From NCBI GenBank assembly GCA_017479485.1, contig JAFVCC010000037.1:1-61030 (forward strand): a DNA stretch of 61,030 nucleotides, read 5' to 3'. Positions 19,133-29,799 of this stretch are shown piece after piece (position 1 is the stretch's first letter; each line of letters starts with the position of its first letter). The translations under genes and the position numbers were made by a program. The stretch is from Bacilli bacterium (GTDB lineage: Bacteria; Bacillota_I; Bacilli_A; RFN20; CAG-826). Below the pieces are notes generated by a model. The model was not told where the DNA came from, did not search any database, and saw only the letters and a program-made list of their open reading frames with translations.

Positions 19133-20980
19133 ATGTATAGCGACGAGAACAAGTCGTCGGTCCTAGCGAAGTTCATGAATCCCTTCGACTACGTGATCAT
19201 CGACACTTGCTCTCTAATGGACGAAGCGTTCCCGGAATGGATGGATGTCCTTCATAACGCGAAGGAATATCGGAAAAAAGAACAGGCCATATACGTACCG
19301 CGCCGCTGCTACGACGAATTAAAGAAACACGCGAAACAAACCAAGGACGATTCCAAGAGAATCGATGCTAAGCGTGGACTCAAGATTATCCGACATGATC
19401 AATGGTTCACCCATATGTTGACCATTACCAAGAAGGATAAAGCGGAAAACTTTGCGGACAATGCCATCTACGTTAAAGTTGGCGCCGATCGACTTTTTTC
19501 CAGGATACTCATCATTACCCAGGACAAATTCCTCGCGAGCGATCTTCGCGCCTTGAACTCCCTGAAGTCTCAATCGGGGAGGCCTTTAGAGGTGTGCAAA
19601 ATCATCGCGGGTGGACGTCTTGTGCCAAACCTTGGCGAACCTAAATCCAAAAGAGAGCCCAAAGGCCATTATGTGCCCGTAAAGGACCTGATGGCGCCCC
19701 AATATAAGGCGGAAGGGACATCGGAAAAAGATATCCTTGCCGCCGACCAGCGGTTATCCGCTGTCCTCAATAACGGGAATTATCCCGAGGAGCGTAAACG
19801 TCAAGACGTTCAAACGCAGATCAAGGCATTAGAAAAACTAACGGTCGCGGAGCGTAATGCCCTGCCCTTAGTCCTCTCCTTGCCTTCGCTACGCCGATAC
19901 TTGGTTACTGGAAGCACAAAAGAAGAAAAATCTGTCAAATCTGCGGAGAAAACGTTGCGAAAAGACGCAAAACCCGCTCCGATTGAAAAACCCTCACCCG
20001 TTACAAAACAGGCCGAATCTGCAAAGAAAATTGAAGAGGAAGCGAAGAAGGAAGCCCCCACAAACGCGGCAGCAAAGCCAGCCGTCGCGGACCGCCTTTG
20101 GTATGGTGCAGGAAAGACCTTCCGCGACGCGGTAATCGACTGCGCGAGCCATTACGGAATCATCTTCCGTGACCCTTCCATCGCCTATTCTGCGAAAGCT
20201 CATGGTCCCTTCGATTGGACCATGGGAGATTACGAAGCCATCATCGCCGCTGGCTTAGACGCGATGAAAGATGACTTGAAGATGCCCTTTACTTACCAAG
20301 GCGTTCCCATGTGGTCCCAAAAAGCGAGCGAAGAGCGGTATAAATGCTGGATCGACATCAACGCGAAACAGGATCTTCCCTCTCCTAAGGAAACGGAGGC
20401 GCCCAATCCACAACCAAAGCCGAAAGCCAAGCCTAAAAAGGTGAAGCCCAAAGTAGAAGCGGTGGAACCTGCGCCCGCTGAAGAGCCCAAGCAGGAGGCC
20501 CCAAAGCCGAAGAAACCTGCTAAGGCCAAGGCAAATGCCTCGCCGAAAGAGGAAGCGCCTAAAGCGGAGAAACCCGCTGCGAAGCCAAAGACCACAAAAG
20601 CGAAAAAGCCAGCGCCGAAAAAAGAGGAAAAACCTGCAGAACCCGCATCAAATACGGAATCTGCGGAGAAAATTGCTCCCGAAGCAGCCAAACCTGCACC
20701 AAAGAAGAAGGCCGCCAAAAAGCCAACAGCTAAAAAAGCCGATACGGAAAGCGAACCCGTTCCATCTAGCGAATCACCGAACTTGAAGAAAGCCATGGAT
20801 GCGGATCGCCGCCTCCGTGCTGTCTTGCCTAATTCAAACTATCCGCTCGAAAGCAAGATCGCCGACCTTAAGGCTCAACGAGAGTTGCTTAATACGCTTA
20901 CCGAAGCCGAATTCTCGAAGCTCAAATATGGGCCAAAAGAAATCGACGAATGGCTCAAAAGCAACGGCGGTAACCTTTAA
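19133..20980 (+). CDS. PIN-domain protein with Pro/Ala/Lys/Glu-rich linker and duplicated helical motif
   Basis: VIIDTCSL, YDELK, ADNAI, ITQDKFLA acidic PIN pattern; low-complexity C-terminal half. Confidence 0.75.
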   Translation: MYSDENKSSVLAKFMNPFDYVIIDTCSLMDEAFPEWMDVLHNAKEYRKKEQAIYVPRRCYDELKKHAKQTKDDSKRIDAKRGLKIIRHDQWFTHMLTITKKDKAENFADNAIYVKVGADRLFSRILIITQDKFLASDLRALNSLKSQSGRPLEVCKIIAGGRLVPNLGEPKSKREPKGHYVPVKDLMAPQYKAEGTSEKDILAADQRLSAVLNNGNYPEERKRQDVQTQIKALEKLTVAERNALPLVLSLPSLRRYLVTGSTKEEKSVKSAEKTLRKDAKPAPIEKPSPVTKQAESAKKIEEEAKKEAPTNAAAKPAVADRLWYGAGKTFRDAVIDCASHYGIIFRDPSIAYSAKAHGPFDWTMGDYEAIIAAGLDAMKDDLKMPFTYQGVPMWSQKASEERYKCWIDINAKQDLPSPKETEAPNPQPKPKAKPKKVKPKVEAVEPAPAEEPKQEAPKPKKPAKAKANASPKEEAPKAEKPAAKPKTTKAKKPAPKKEEKPAEPASNTESAEKIAPEAAKPAPKKKAAKKPTAKKADTESEPVPSSESPNLKKAMDADRRLRAVLPNSNYPLESKIADLKAQRELLNTLTEAEFSKLKYGPKEIDEWLKSNGGNL

Positions 20981-20985
20981 TCCCT

Positions 20986-21018
20986 AAAGCCACTGCGGCC
21001 TTCGCGGTGGCTTTATTT
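20986..21018 (+). terminator. Intrinsic terminator
   Basis: AAAGCCACTGCG-GCCTT-CGCGGTGGCTTT-ATTT. Confidence 0.7.
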
Positions 21019-21101
21019 ATTCGCGAGCGCATGAAGGTGCATAAAGTATTGCAAAAAACGCACCGTTAGTTATGATTCCAAACTCGAAAGAGGTTTAGAT
21101 T

Positions 21102-22835
21102 ATGAAAAAATTATTAATACTCTCTTCAGGAATGCTGATCTTCGCCCTTGCGAGCTGCGGCGGACAGGCGACCACCAGCACCTTGAACTCACCGACCGCT
21201 TCTTCGGCCGAACCGGTAGACGAAGTGCTCAAGCCCACCAACGATATCTCTTCGAACGTCGGTTTCAAAGCGGGCCGTCACGTCTTCCATAACTACATGG
21301 CCGCTCGTAAAGACTACAACGAAGGCATGTACACCAACTTTGGTGAAGCGTTCTTCCCTTCCTATGGGCACGCGAAGCTCCTTGTTGTCCCTGTTGTCTT
21401 CAGCGATAACGCGTCGACTCCGGAAAAACTTGCCGCGAACAAGGAAACCATGCGCAAAATCTTCTTTGGCGCGCCGGAAGAGACCACGTGGCAGAGTGTC
21501 CAATCCTATTATTATCAGTCGAGTTATCATCAGCTTCACATTGAAGGCGAGGTCGTCGACACCGTCAAACTCGATAAGACTTACGACACCTATACTTCCA
21601 GTAAGACTGCCGCAATCTATAACGACATCGCCGAAGAAGTGTATGACAAACTCTTCACTCTTGACGGCGCTCCTTTGAAAGGCAAAGAAGCGGACTTCGA
21701 TTCTAACGGTGATGGTGTGATCGACGGCATCTACATGGTCCCGGATTCCCACATCAACCACGATGATGGCGGCAGCCTCGGCTGGGCGTTCACAACGCGC
21801 CACGGCTTCAAGACCAAACTTGCTGCCCGTAAGAACCCGCAATGGGCCAAAATCGGCACCTATTGCTGGACTTCCATCGACTTCTCGCAGGAAACCGCTA
21901 GCGACAAGCCTACCTTAGAGAAACCCGACGCCCACACCTTCATCCATGAAATGGGCCACCAGCTCGGTTTGGCGGACTACTATGACCCCAATAACCAGGG
22001 CTCTTCTACCGCCGGTGGCGCGACGATGCAGGACCAAAACATCTGCGACCACGACATTTACTCCAAATATCTCTGGGGCTGGACCGACATGCAGGCCGTG
22101 ACCTCCGCGAATACGGAAGCGACCATCTCCATTACCCTCAAGCCGAGCAATTCCTCGGGCCAGGCGCTTCTTATCGCCGATACCTGGAATGGTACCTCTT
22201 TGGACGAATACCTCTTGCTTGAGTACTACACTCCAGAGGGACTTAACGCGCATGACACCGCGAAATATTATGCTTCTAAGGACCAAATTGGCCCTGATGG
22301 CGAAGGCATCCGCATCTGGCACGTCGATAAGACCATCCACGAAGCGCATATGGCCAAGAAGGATAAGGACACCATTGTCTACTTTGATCCCAACGGCGTC
22401 ACCGAGCTCAATACCCTTGGTGAGGCGCAAGATTATCGCTTCCCTGATGATATCTCACCCGAGGACGACGAACTCTATAACGAGGATCCCGACCTCAATG
22501 AGGACGATGACTTCTACTATTCGATGACGACGAATAACTCTGAAAACCACAGCGAATTCTACGTCAACGCTGAGTTGACCTTGATGCGCGCGGATAAGGG
22601 AGAAAAGACCGTCGGCGTCGTCATGACCAAAGATTCGCTCTTCGGCGCTGGTTCGAGCTTCGGCGCGACGGGAGACAAGTTCGCGGACTTCGAATTCTAT
22701 AACCCCGCCGTCGAGTTGGACTATAACTGCTCCGACGATGACTTCAAAAACGCCGCGAAGAAACAACTTCCCTATTCCATCCACGTGGATTCCATCGGCA
22801 ACGGCGAAGCGAAACTAACCTTGACCAAGAAATAA
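21102..22835 (+). CDS. M6 family (immune inhibitor A-like) metalloprotease lipoprotein
   Basis: Lipobox LASC; HEMGHQLGLADYY; DSNGDGVIDG; EYLLLEYYTP; GIRIWHVD. Confidence 0.85.
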   Translation: MKKLLILSSGMLIFALASCGGQATTSTLNSPTASSAEPVDEVLKPTNDISSNVGFKAGRHVFHNYMAARKDYNEGMYTNFGEAFFPSYGHAKLLVVPVVFSDNASTPEKLAANKETMRKIFFGAPEETTWQSVQSYYYQSSYHQLHIEGEVVDTVKLDKTYDTYTSSKTAAIYNDIAEEVYDKLFTLDGAPLKGKEADFDSNGDGVIDGIYMVPDSHINHDDGGSLGWAFTTRHGFKTKLAARKNPQWAKIGTYCWTSIDFSQETASDKPTLEKPDAHTFIHEMGHQLGLADYYDPNNQGSSTAGGATMQDQNICDHDIYSKYLWGWTDMQAVTSANTEATISITLKPSNSSGQALLIADTWNGTSLDEYLLLEYYTPEGLNAHDTAKYYASKDQIGPDGEGIRIWHVDKTIHEAHMAKKDKDTIVYFDPNGVTELNTLGEAQDYRFPDDISPEDDELYNEDPDLNEDDDFYYSMTTNNSENHSEFYVNAELTLMRADKGEKTVGVVMTKDSLFGAGSSFGATGDKFADFEFYNPAVELDYNCSDDDFKNAAKKQLPYSIHVDSIGNGEAKLTLTKK

Positions 22836-22883
22836 AAACATTGGTATAAGTGGTGGGGGTTCATGCCCCCACCTTTATTGACT

Positions 22884-23276
22884 ATGAGTGACCGTGCAAA
22901 ACAAATCTTAATTACCTGGATCGTCGCGACCGTGCTCGCGGGTGTGTATTTCCTATTATTAACATTCATCCCGCGCAACTTCACCTTGATGGGGTGGACG
23001 AACACCTTCTTTCTCACGGGCGCGTTTACCTTATTATCGGGCGGACTCTATGTGGTCTATTACTTTGGCGCGTTCGAGATGTTCCAATATGGCTTCATGC
23101 AGGTTTTCCACTACATGATGCCCAATCCTGGCCGAATGAAGCAAAAAGACTATCCGGAATATCGGCAATATCGTGCGGAGAAACGCAAAAAAGCCCCATT
23201 ATACCCATGGCCCTGGATTGTGTATGGCGCCATATTCATGCTAGGTTCGCTCATCTTCAGACTGCAGTTGAACTAG
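22884..23276 (+). CDS. DUF3899-like small membrane protein preceding opp operon
   Basis: Three TM segments, GAFEMFQYGF; DUF3899 genes commonly adjoin opp loci in Bacilli. Confidence 0.6.
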   Translation: MSDRAKQILITWIVATVLAGVYFLLLTFIPRNFTLMGWTNTFFLTGAFTLLSGGLYVVYYFGAFEMFQYGFMQVFHYMMPNPGRMKQKDYPEYRQYRAEKRKKAPLYPWPWIVYGAIFMLGSLIFRLQLN

Positions 23277-23387
23277 GGCTGTTTGTCAATGTAAGCGCTT
23301 TTATCAATTTTCAATAAAAGTTTCATTTGCCAAAAAGTATCGACGCCATCGGTACTTTTTTTGAAAAATAGAAAATATTATTTGTTA

Positions 23388-23415
23388 TTGACAAGTTCTT
23401 AACGTGCCTTATCAT
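23388..23415 (+). promoter_or_regulatory. Candidate sigma-A promoter of oppA
   Basis: TTGACA-16 bp-TATCAT upstream of AAAGGAG RBS. Confidence 0.5.
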
Positions 23416-23447
23416 TCAACCACTCTTCAAGAAAGGAGATATTACTC

Positions 23448-26210
23448 ATGAAGAAAAAACTTATTCTTCCGTTAGTGCTCTCTGCCGCTGCGTTTCTAGC
23501 CGTCAGCTGCGGAGCTCCCGCGAGCAGCAGTGTTGCACCGGCGGACTCTTCCGCAGATGCTTCTGGTGATTCCAACCCGGCTCCCGCTTCCTCCTCTGTG
23601 GAACCCGTGTACGAGCCTGCATATGATCGCGCGCAGCTCTACGAAGAACCCGGCTCCTTCGCTGATGTGAAAGGCGTCACCGGTGGTAGCTCTGCCGCGA
23701 CCTCGCTCGTCGGCGAATCTGTCGAAAACAAGACCAAGATCCTTGGCGCCCTCGAAAAGTACGCCATCGACAACAAGGTCACTGGCCTCCCCCTCTTCGA
23801 AAACGGCGGATACGTCATGTATAACGACCGTGTCGTCAAGGGCACCGAGAACTACATCGTCGGCTATGGCTTCGGCATTATGCGTGAAGGCAGACTCACT
23901 GCCGACCTCAAATCCGGTGAAAAGAGGAACTACTACCACACCTACGAGCCGAGTGATCCTCAGAAGATCAACTACCTCGACGATTCCGGCTCCCAGATCG
24001 GCGACCTCTATGGCAACGCTGCCGCTGGCTACTTCGGCACCAAGATGAACGCCAACAAGAACGGCTATGACTGGTACGGCACGCTCTCCAGCAAGAACCG
24101 CCCCGTCATGCTCGACGACGAGGGCAAAATCGCCGCGGATCAAGATGGCACCTCCGCCAAGTGGCGTATCTATCTCCGCACTGGCGCTGATGGCGGCGTT
24201 AAATTCCGCACTGCGTCCACCAATGCCGCCCGTGCCGCGTTCAACAATAAAGATGTCACCATCGACGATTACGTCAACGCGTTCAAGATCCTCCTCTGCG
24301 GCAAATTCGCCTACTATCGTGGCGCTGAGCTCGCTGGCCAGACCGGCTATTCCGGCATCGCCGGCGCCGCTGCCTACTACAACGCTTCCGCCGATGGCTT
24401 CGATTCCGACGCCGCGAAAGCTGCTTGGGATAAGGTCGGCATCAAGGCGGGCAAAGACGCCGACGGCGACTACATCGACTTCACCCTCATGGCGAAGACC
24501 AACACCTTCTACGCGATGTATAGCTTAGCCTCCAACCTCTACGCCCCAATCAATCTCGACTTCTTCAAACTCGTCACCGACAACTGCGCGCACCCCGAAT
24601 ACTATGGCGCGTTCAACGAAGACAAGTCCATGAGCCCTGTCGATAACTTCCTCTCCACTGGCCCGTACATGCTCGAGTCCTGGGAGACCGACAAAGCCAT
24701 CGCCTTCGCTCGTAACGACGGCTGGTGGGAGCGTGTTGAAGATCCTAACGTCTACAACATCCCTGGTATCTATAGCACCATCCTCGCCGCGATCAACACC
24801 AACCCGAACGCGGCCATCCTCGAGTTCCTCGTCGGCAACCTCGACTCTGCTGGTATCCCGACCGACTACCTCGACCAGCTCAAAGACGATGCTCGTACCA
24901 CTTCCGTTCCGGGCGACTCCGTCTTCAAACTGAACCTCAACACCTGCACTAAGGATCAGTGGGTTGAGCTCTTCGGCAAGGACGGCAGCGTTACCAAGAC
25001 TTCCGAATCCAACTATTGGAACGTCAAGCCCTGGATGTCCAACGACAAGTTCGTCAAGGGTCTCTTCTACGCCATCGACCGCGATACCTTCGCGACCAAG
25101 AATGGTTCTATTCCTTCCATCAACTACTTCTCGTCGAACTACATGTCCGACCCGCTTAACGGTATCTCCTACAACACCACCCAGGCCCACAAGGACGCCC
25201 AGGCGGAATTCTGGGGCGACACCATCTCTAAATATGGCTACAGCCAGCAACTCGCTTCCGAGGCCTTCTCTGGCGCCGTCGACGAGCTCCTTGCATCCAA
25301 AGACATCAAGGATGGCGATAAGCTCACCATCGACGTGTGGTGGATGTATCAACAGCACATCACCCGTTACCACAACGACATCGCGAAATACATCCAAGAT
25401 GCTTTCAATGACTCTGCCTCCGCCAAAGCGCATAAGCTCACCCTCGAGGTGAAAGGCGAAGCGGTCGACGTTTGGTCCGATGTCTACTACAAGCACCTCA
25501 TGGTCGGTCAGTTCGACCTCGGCTTCGGCTCCATCTCGGGCAACAGCCTTGACCCGCTCAACTTCATGGAAGTCTTGAAGTCCGACAACTCCTCCGGCTT
25601 CACCCTCAACTGGGGCCCCGATACCTCCAAGATCGACCTCAGCTACAACGGTGAGATGTGGTCCTTCGACAACCTCTGGGCCGCTGCGGACCATGGCGTT
25701 GTCACCTATAAGGGCGAATCCCTCCCGCCGATCGTCGTCACCTTCGGCAAGTCCGAATTCGATGGTGACGGCAACCTCGCGGTGACCTTCTCCTACCAGA
25801 CTGCGAAGTCCTACATGAAGGAAAAGGCCGAAACTGATCCGGAAGCCGCGAAACTCGCTGCCCTCGACAACGATCTCTTCTATTGCGAACTCGAAGCCGT
25901 CTACCTCACCGATGGTTACACCGCTGAACTCGACTTCGGCTTCGACGACGAGGGCAAAGGCGTTGCCTTCGATGACTATGAAGGCGCTGGCTACATCAAA
26001 GGTTTCACCTTCGCCCAGGGATCCAATAGCCAGAAGGGCACCGTCACCGTCACCCTCACTGCGGAAGCGCTTGCTTCCTTCGCGGATGATGAAGCGGAAG
26101 GCGTCATCTACTTCGGTGCTTACGGCCTTGCCGCTGTTGATGGCGTTGTCTCCGAAGGCGATGCCTACGGATCTGTCTATTACTACGACTCCAGCGTCGT
26201 CAACGAATAA
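23448..26210 (+). CDS. oppA: Oligopeptide ABC substrate-binding lipoprotein, oversized
   Basis: Lipobox AVSC; STGPYMLESW, FYAIDR, FDLGFGSISG; strong C-ending codon bias; operon context. Confidence 0.8.
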   Translation: MKKKLILPLVLSAAAFLAVSCGAPASSSVAPADSSADASGDSNPAPASSSVEPVYEPAYDRAQLYEEPGSFADVKGVTGGSSAATSLVGESVENKTKILGALEKYAIDNKVTGLPLFENGGYVMYNDRVVKGTENYIVGYGFGIMREGRLTADLKSGEKRNYYHTYEPSDPQKINYLDDSGSQIGDLYGNAAAGYFGTKMNANKNGYDWYGTLSSKNRPVMLDDEGKIAADQDGTSAKWRIYLRTGADGGVKFRTASTNAARAAFNNKDVTIDDYVNAFKILLCGKFAYYRGAELAGQTGYSGIAGAAAYYNASADGFDSDAAKAAWDKVGIKAGKDADGDYIDFTLMAKTNTFYAMYSLASNLYAPINLDFFKLVTDNCAHPEYYGAFNEDKSMSPVDNFLSTGPYMLESWETDKAIAFARNDGWWERVEDPNVYNIPGIYSTILAAINTNPNAAILEFLVGNLDSAGIPTDYLDQLKDDARTTSVPGDSVFKLNLNTCTKDQWVELFGKDGSVTKTSESNYWNVKPWMSNDKFVKGLFYAIDRDTFATKNGSIPSINYFSSNYMSDPLNGISYNTTQAHKDAQAEFWGDTISKYGYSQQLASEAFSGAVDELLASKDIKDGDKLTIDVWWMYQQHITRYHNDIAKYIQDAFNDSASAKAHKLTLEVKGEAVDVWSDVYYKHLMVGQFDLGFGSISGNSLDPLNFMEVLKSDNSSGFTLNWGPDTSKIDLSYNGEMWSFDNLWAAADHGVVTYKGESLPPIVVTFGKSEFDGDGNLAVTFSYQTAKSYMKEKAETDPEAAKLAALDNDLFYCELEAVYLTDGYTAELDFGFDDEGKGVAFDDYEGAGYIKGFTFAQGSNSQKGTVTVTLTAEALASFADDEAEGVIYFGAYGLAAVDGVVSEGDAYGSVYYYDSSVVNE

Positions 26211-26250
26211 TTGGAAGTGTTGATCCAACACTAACAATACAAAATGAAAT

Positions 26251-26281
26251 GGGGTGTCAACCTATGGTTGACGCCCTTTTT
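26251..26281 (+). terminator. Intrinsic terminator after oppA
   Basis: GGGGTGTCAACC-TAT-GGTTGACGCCC-TTTT. Confidence 0.75.
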
Positions 26282-26360
26282 CTATGCTATATAATGGCCT
26301 CCATCGACAAAAAGCCCTCGGTTTTTTTCGTCGACTATTCTAGAAGGAGGTTCTGAAATA

Positions 26361-27401
26361 ATGGTCAAGTACACAATTCAGCGTCTAGTCCTCGCGTTTG
26401 TCACTGCTTTCATCATTCTGACCGTCACGTTCTTCCTGGTAAAACTGCAACCCTTTGAGAAACCGGTTGCTACGACCGAATCCGCGGTTTATGCGTTCTA
26501 CCAGAATCAGGTTAAGCTCGGCTACCTGTTGGACTTACGGGAAGAGACTGCAGGCTATGGCGAATTGCTATGGAAATTCACCGACTCCGCTAAAGTGACG
26601 CACTATTTCTATGAACGCAGCTACGCCGAACAATATGGCGTATGGCTAAAGGGTCTTGTTACCCAATTCAACTGGGGTACCTCGACTTTCATTTCGCCCA
26701 ACGTTGATGCGATGGTCGTCATTGGCGAACGTCTGCCCACGACGATCATGGTCAATATTTGGCCGGTCATCATCTCGGTACCTGTTGGTATCGCCCTCGG
26801 CATCTGGGCCGCGTTAAAGAAAAACAAGCTCACCGATCACATCATTTCCACGTTGGTCATGGTCTTTATCTCCGTGCCTTCGTTCATCGTCATTACGTTG
26901 ATGATGTACTGGCTTTGCTACCAAAACCAGATCCTGCCTTCGCAGTGGCCCTCCAAGACCGCTCCGGCCTTAGAACGCTTCCAAGGCTACATCATTCCGA
27001 CCATGGCTCTATCCTTTGGCTCGATCTGCGGCTATTGCCGTTTCACCCGTGCCGAACTTACTGAGGTTATGTCGAGCGACTTCCTCTTATTGGCGCGCAC
27101 CAAAGGCTTAACCCGTTCTCAAGCAATCGTTCGTCATGCTTTGAAGAACGCTTTCGTTCCCATTCTTCCGTCGATTCTTGCGGAAGTCATCTCGCTCCTT
27201 GGTGGCGCGATGATTCTCGAACAACTTTATGGTATCCCAGGCGTTGGCAAACTGTACGTCACCGCTTTGAACCGCAAAGACTACAACGTCTTGATGGCGG
27301 ACATGGGATTCTACACATTGATCGGTTTGGTCTCGGGTGTCTTCCTCGACCTCTCCTATGGCTTTATCGATCCACGTATTCGCATGGGGGCTAGAAAATA
27401 A
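26361..27401 (+). CDS. oppB: Oligopeptide ABC permease
   Basis: RFTRAELTEVMSSDFLLLARTKGL EAA loop; YGIPGVGKL. Confidence 0.9.
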   Translation: MVKYTIQRLVLAFVTAFIILTVTFFLVKLQPFEKPVATTESAVYAFYQNQVKLGYLLDLREETAGYGELLWKFTDSAKVTHYFYERSYAEQYGVWLKGLVTQFNWGTSTFISPNVDAMVVIGERLPTTIMVNIWPVIISVPVGIALGIWAALKKNKLTDHIISTLVMVFISVPSFIVITLMMYWLCYQNQILPSQWPSKTAPALERFQGYIIPTMALSFGSICGYCRFTRAELTEVMSSDFLLLARTKGLTRSQAIVRHALKNAFVPILPSILAEVISLLGGAMILEQLYGIPGVGKLYVTALNRKDYNVLMADMGFYTLIGLVSGVFLDLSYGFIDPRIRMGARK

Positions 27402-29797
27402 TGGAACCGAGCAAATTCAATTATGTAGACTCCCAGGGTAATCAGCACGAAGTCAATCTCACCAAGGACGACTTCCAACTGGTCCAAAAGGACGTGGTCA
27501 TCTCCGACCAAAAGATCCAAAGCAAACCCACAACCTTCTTTAAGGACGCGCTTCGCCGCTTCCGTAAGAACAAATCCTCCGTCGCCGGTGCGGTCATCTT
27601 AGGCAGTTTGGTGGTTCTGGCCATCATCTTGCCGTTTGCGCTTCCTAGCGACATCGACACGGAGCACCCCGACGAATACCTGCTCGCACCGAAGCTCTTT
27701 GATGCGGGCGCCGGCTGGTGGGATGGCGGCAAAGAATACAATAACGTCGTCGTCAACGTCGACTGGGCCCAATACGACAAAGACGGAACGGTCGTCGCCA
27801 AGCCCGCGAACCATTCGATGGACCTCGTTATCGGTGGCGAAAGTGGCATTACCACTGGGCCCATCGAGTACGTCGACTCGGTCAACGCGTACGCCCATGG
27901 CGGCTACGCCCGTCTTAACGGCACGTATCGCGCGATTCAAGCCGAATCCTATTTAGCGACGGCTGCCGATGGCACGAGCACGCTGAAATTCAGCAAAGAC
28001 AAAACCTATATCTTTACCGCGGGCGAAGCAACCGAAAGCGGCACCTGGTCCTATTCCGGTGGCAAGCTGGAATTAAAGGATCCTGCGGATAATACTATTT
28101 CCGCAGAAGGCAATTCGTTAGCCTTCACCTATGTCCTTTCTAGTGACGATACGGTGACCGCCGACTTCACCATTGCCTCAAACAACATCAACTCTATGAT
28201 GCCTGTCGTCCCGCCCCAACTGATGTCCTGGGACGGCGCGACATTCGATTTCACGGATCAATCGCACAACTACGCCATCACCGTGGAAACCGTGAATCCT
28301 CTCGCGGACCCGGAATTAAAGGAAGCCTGGAAATACGGTGCCGAGGTGAGCTATGACTTGCTCCTTGAGTGGACCGACAACAACCAGAATCCTCGTTCCT
28401 ACCTTTTAGCGGATGATGTGACCACCTTCGGGGCCAAAACCATCAACCTCAACGATCATTTCGACGGCATCCGCGAAGAGATCGATAAAGATCCCTACGC
28501 TCAGTATGTGTCGGGCTATGTGCTTAAACCGCTGAGCAAACCGCACCTTACCCTTCGTTTGAACATGGAGGATAAGGGCGAAACGACCAATAACGTCGTC
28601 ATCAAAACCATCCGATTCACCTCGGCGGTAGAAGCGGACAAAGAGGACTTCGATGGCATGTCCCTCATCAACGCGAACGAGTCGCTTCGAATCACTCCGT
28701 TCGACAAGGATAACAACCCCCAGAAGTACTACTGGACCACTCTCAATGGTACCGCTTCGCTCTTCCACGCGAAGATCGTCCGCGGCACTTACCGCATCGA
28801 CACCTACAAACAGCATTTTGGCGAACGCTATGTTTCGCCTTCCATCGAAACGCTCCGTTCCTGGGCGAACAATGGCTGGATCAGCGCTGACTTCACCATC
28901 GCGGACCAGCTCAAAGACCTCTCGGGCGATGAGCTTGCCGTTGCCGCGCAGAAGTTCGCGGATTCGATCAAGGTCCTCGACCAAACCTATTCTCCCATCA
29001 TCATCGATGACGAGCATCGTCCCGTCGGTACTAAGACCGAAGCCGGTGGCATCAAAACCATCAACATCACGGTCTATGCCACCTATTGGAAAGTGCTCTA
29101 TCCTGGCCGTTCTTCCTGCCCGCGCTACCTCTTTGGTACGGACAAATACGGCAAAGACTTGCTCCACCAGGTCTTCGCAGGTCTTCGCACCTCGCTCATT
29201 CTCGGTATCTTGACCACCGCGGTGAACCTCACCATCGGTTTGGTCTATGGTGCCTTCGCTGGCTACTTCGGCGGATGGACCGATATCTTGATGGAGCGCT
29301 TCACCGATATCCTTGGCGGTATGCCGTGGATCGTCGTTATGACCCTCTGCATTATCAACATGGGTAACTCGTTCTGGGTGTTCGGCATCGCGTTATGCTT
29401 GACGGGCTGGATTGGTACATCGGCAACGACGCGTACGCAGTTCTACCGTTTCAAGAACCGTGAGTACATTCTGGCCGCTCGTACCTTAGGCGCGAGTGAC
29501 GGTCGACTGATCTTCCGCCATATCTTGCCGAACGCTGTCGGTACGATCGTGACCTCCTCGGTCTTAATGATCCCTGGCGTCATCTTCTCCGAAGCGACCC
29601 TCGCCTACTTGTCCTTAGGCTTGCAAGGCGTTGCATCCTTCGGCGTCATCTTGGCGGAAAACCAGGATCAGATGCAGACCAACCCGCACCTCATCTTATT
29701 CCCGAGCGTCATCATGGCTTTAATCATGATTTCGTTCAACTTGTTCGGCAACGGTTTACGCGATGCGTTTAACCCGTCCTTGAAAGGAGGCGAATAA
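27401..29797 (+). CDS. oppC: Oligopeptide ABC permease with very large extracellular insertion
   Basis: FFKDALRRFRKNK N-terminus; FGTDKYGKD; REYILAARTLGAS; RHILPN. Confidence 0.88.
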   Translation: MEPSKFNYVDSQGNQHEVNLTKDDFQLVQKDVVISDQKIQSKPTTFFKDALRRFRKNKSSVAGAVILGSLVVLAIILPFALPSDIDTEHPDEYLLAPKLFDAGAGWWDGGKEYNNVVVNVDWAQYDKDGTVVAKPANHSMDLVIGGESGITTGPIEYVDSVNAYAHGGYARLNGTYRAIQAESYLATAADGTSTLKFSKDKTYIFTAGEATESGTWSYSGGKLELKDPADNTISAEGNSLAFTYVLSSDDTVTADFTIASNNINSMMPVVPPQLMSWDGATFDFTDQSHNYAITVETVNPLADPELKEAWKYGAEVSYDLLLEWTDNNQNPRSYLLADDVTTFGAKTINLNDHFDGIREEIDKDPYAQYVSGYVLKPLSKPHLTLRLNMEDKGETTNNVVIKTIRFTSAVEADKEDFDGMSLINANESLRITPFDKDNNPQKYYWTTLNGTASLFHAKIVRGTYRIDTYKQHFGERYVSPSIETLRSWANNGWISADFTIADQLKDLSGDELAVAAQKFADSIKVLDQTYSPIIIDDEHRPVGTKTEAGGIKTINITVYATYWKVLYPGRSSCPRYLFGTDKYGKDLLHQVFAGLRTSLILGILTTAVNLTIGLVYGAFAGYFGGWTDILMERFTDILGGMPWIVVMTLCIINMGNSFWVFGIALCLTGWIGTSATTRTQFYRFKNREYILAARTLGASDGRLIFRHILPNAVGTIVTSSVLMIPGVIFSEATLAYLSLGLQGVASFGVILAENQDQMQTNPHLILFPSVIMALIMISFNLFGNGLRDAFNPSLKGGE

Positions 29798-29799
29798 TC

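Noticed and set aside
24525-26237. 570-aa antisense ORF in oppA (likewise 28406-29167, 30553-31299, 31850-32881, 34285-35166)
   Set aside because: Explained by strong C-ending codon bias of the sense genes, which removes antisense stops; no protein motifs.
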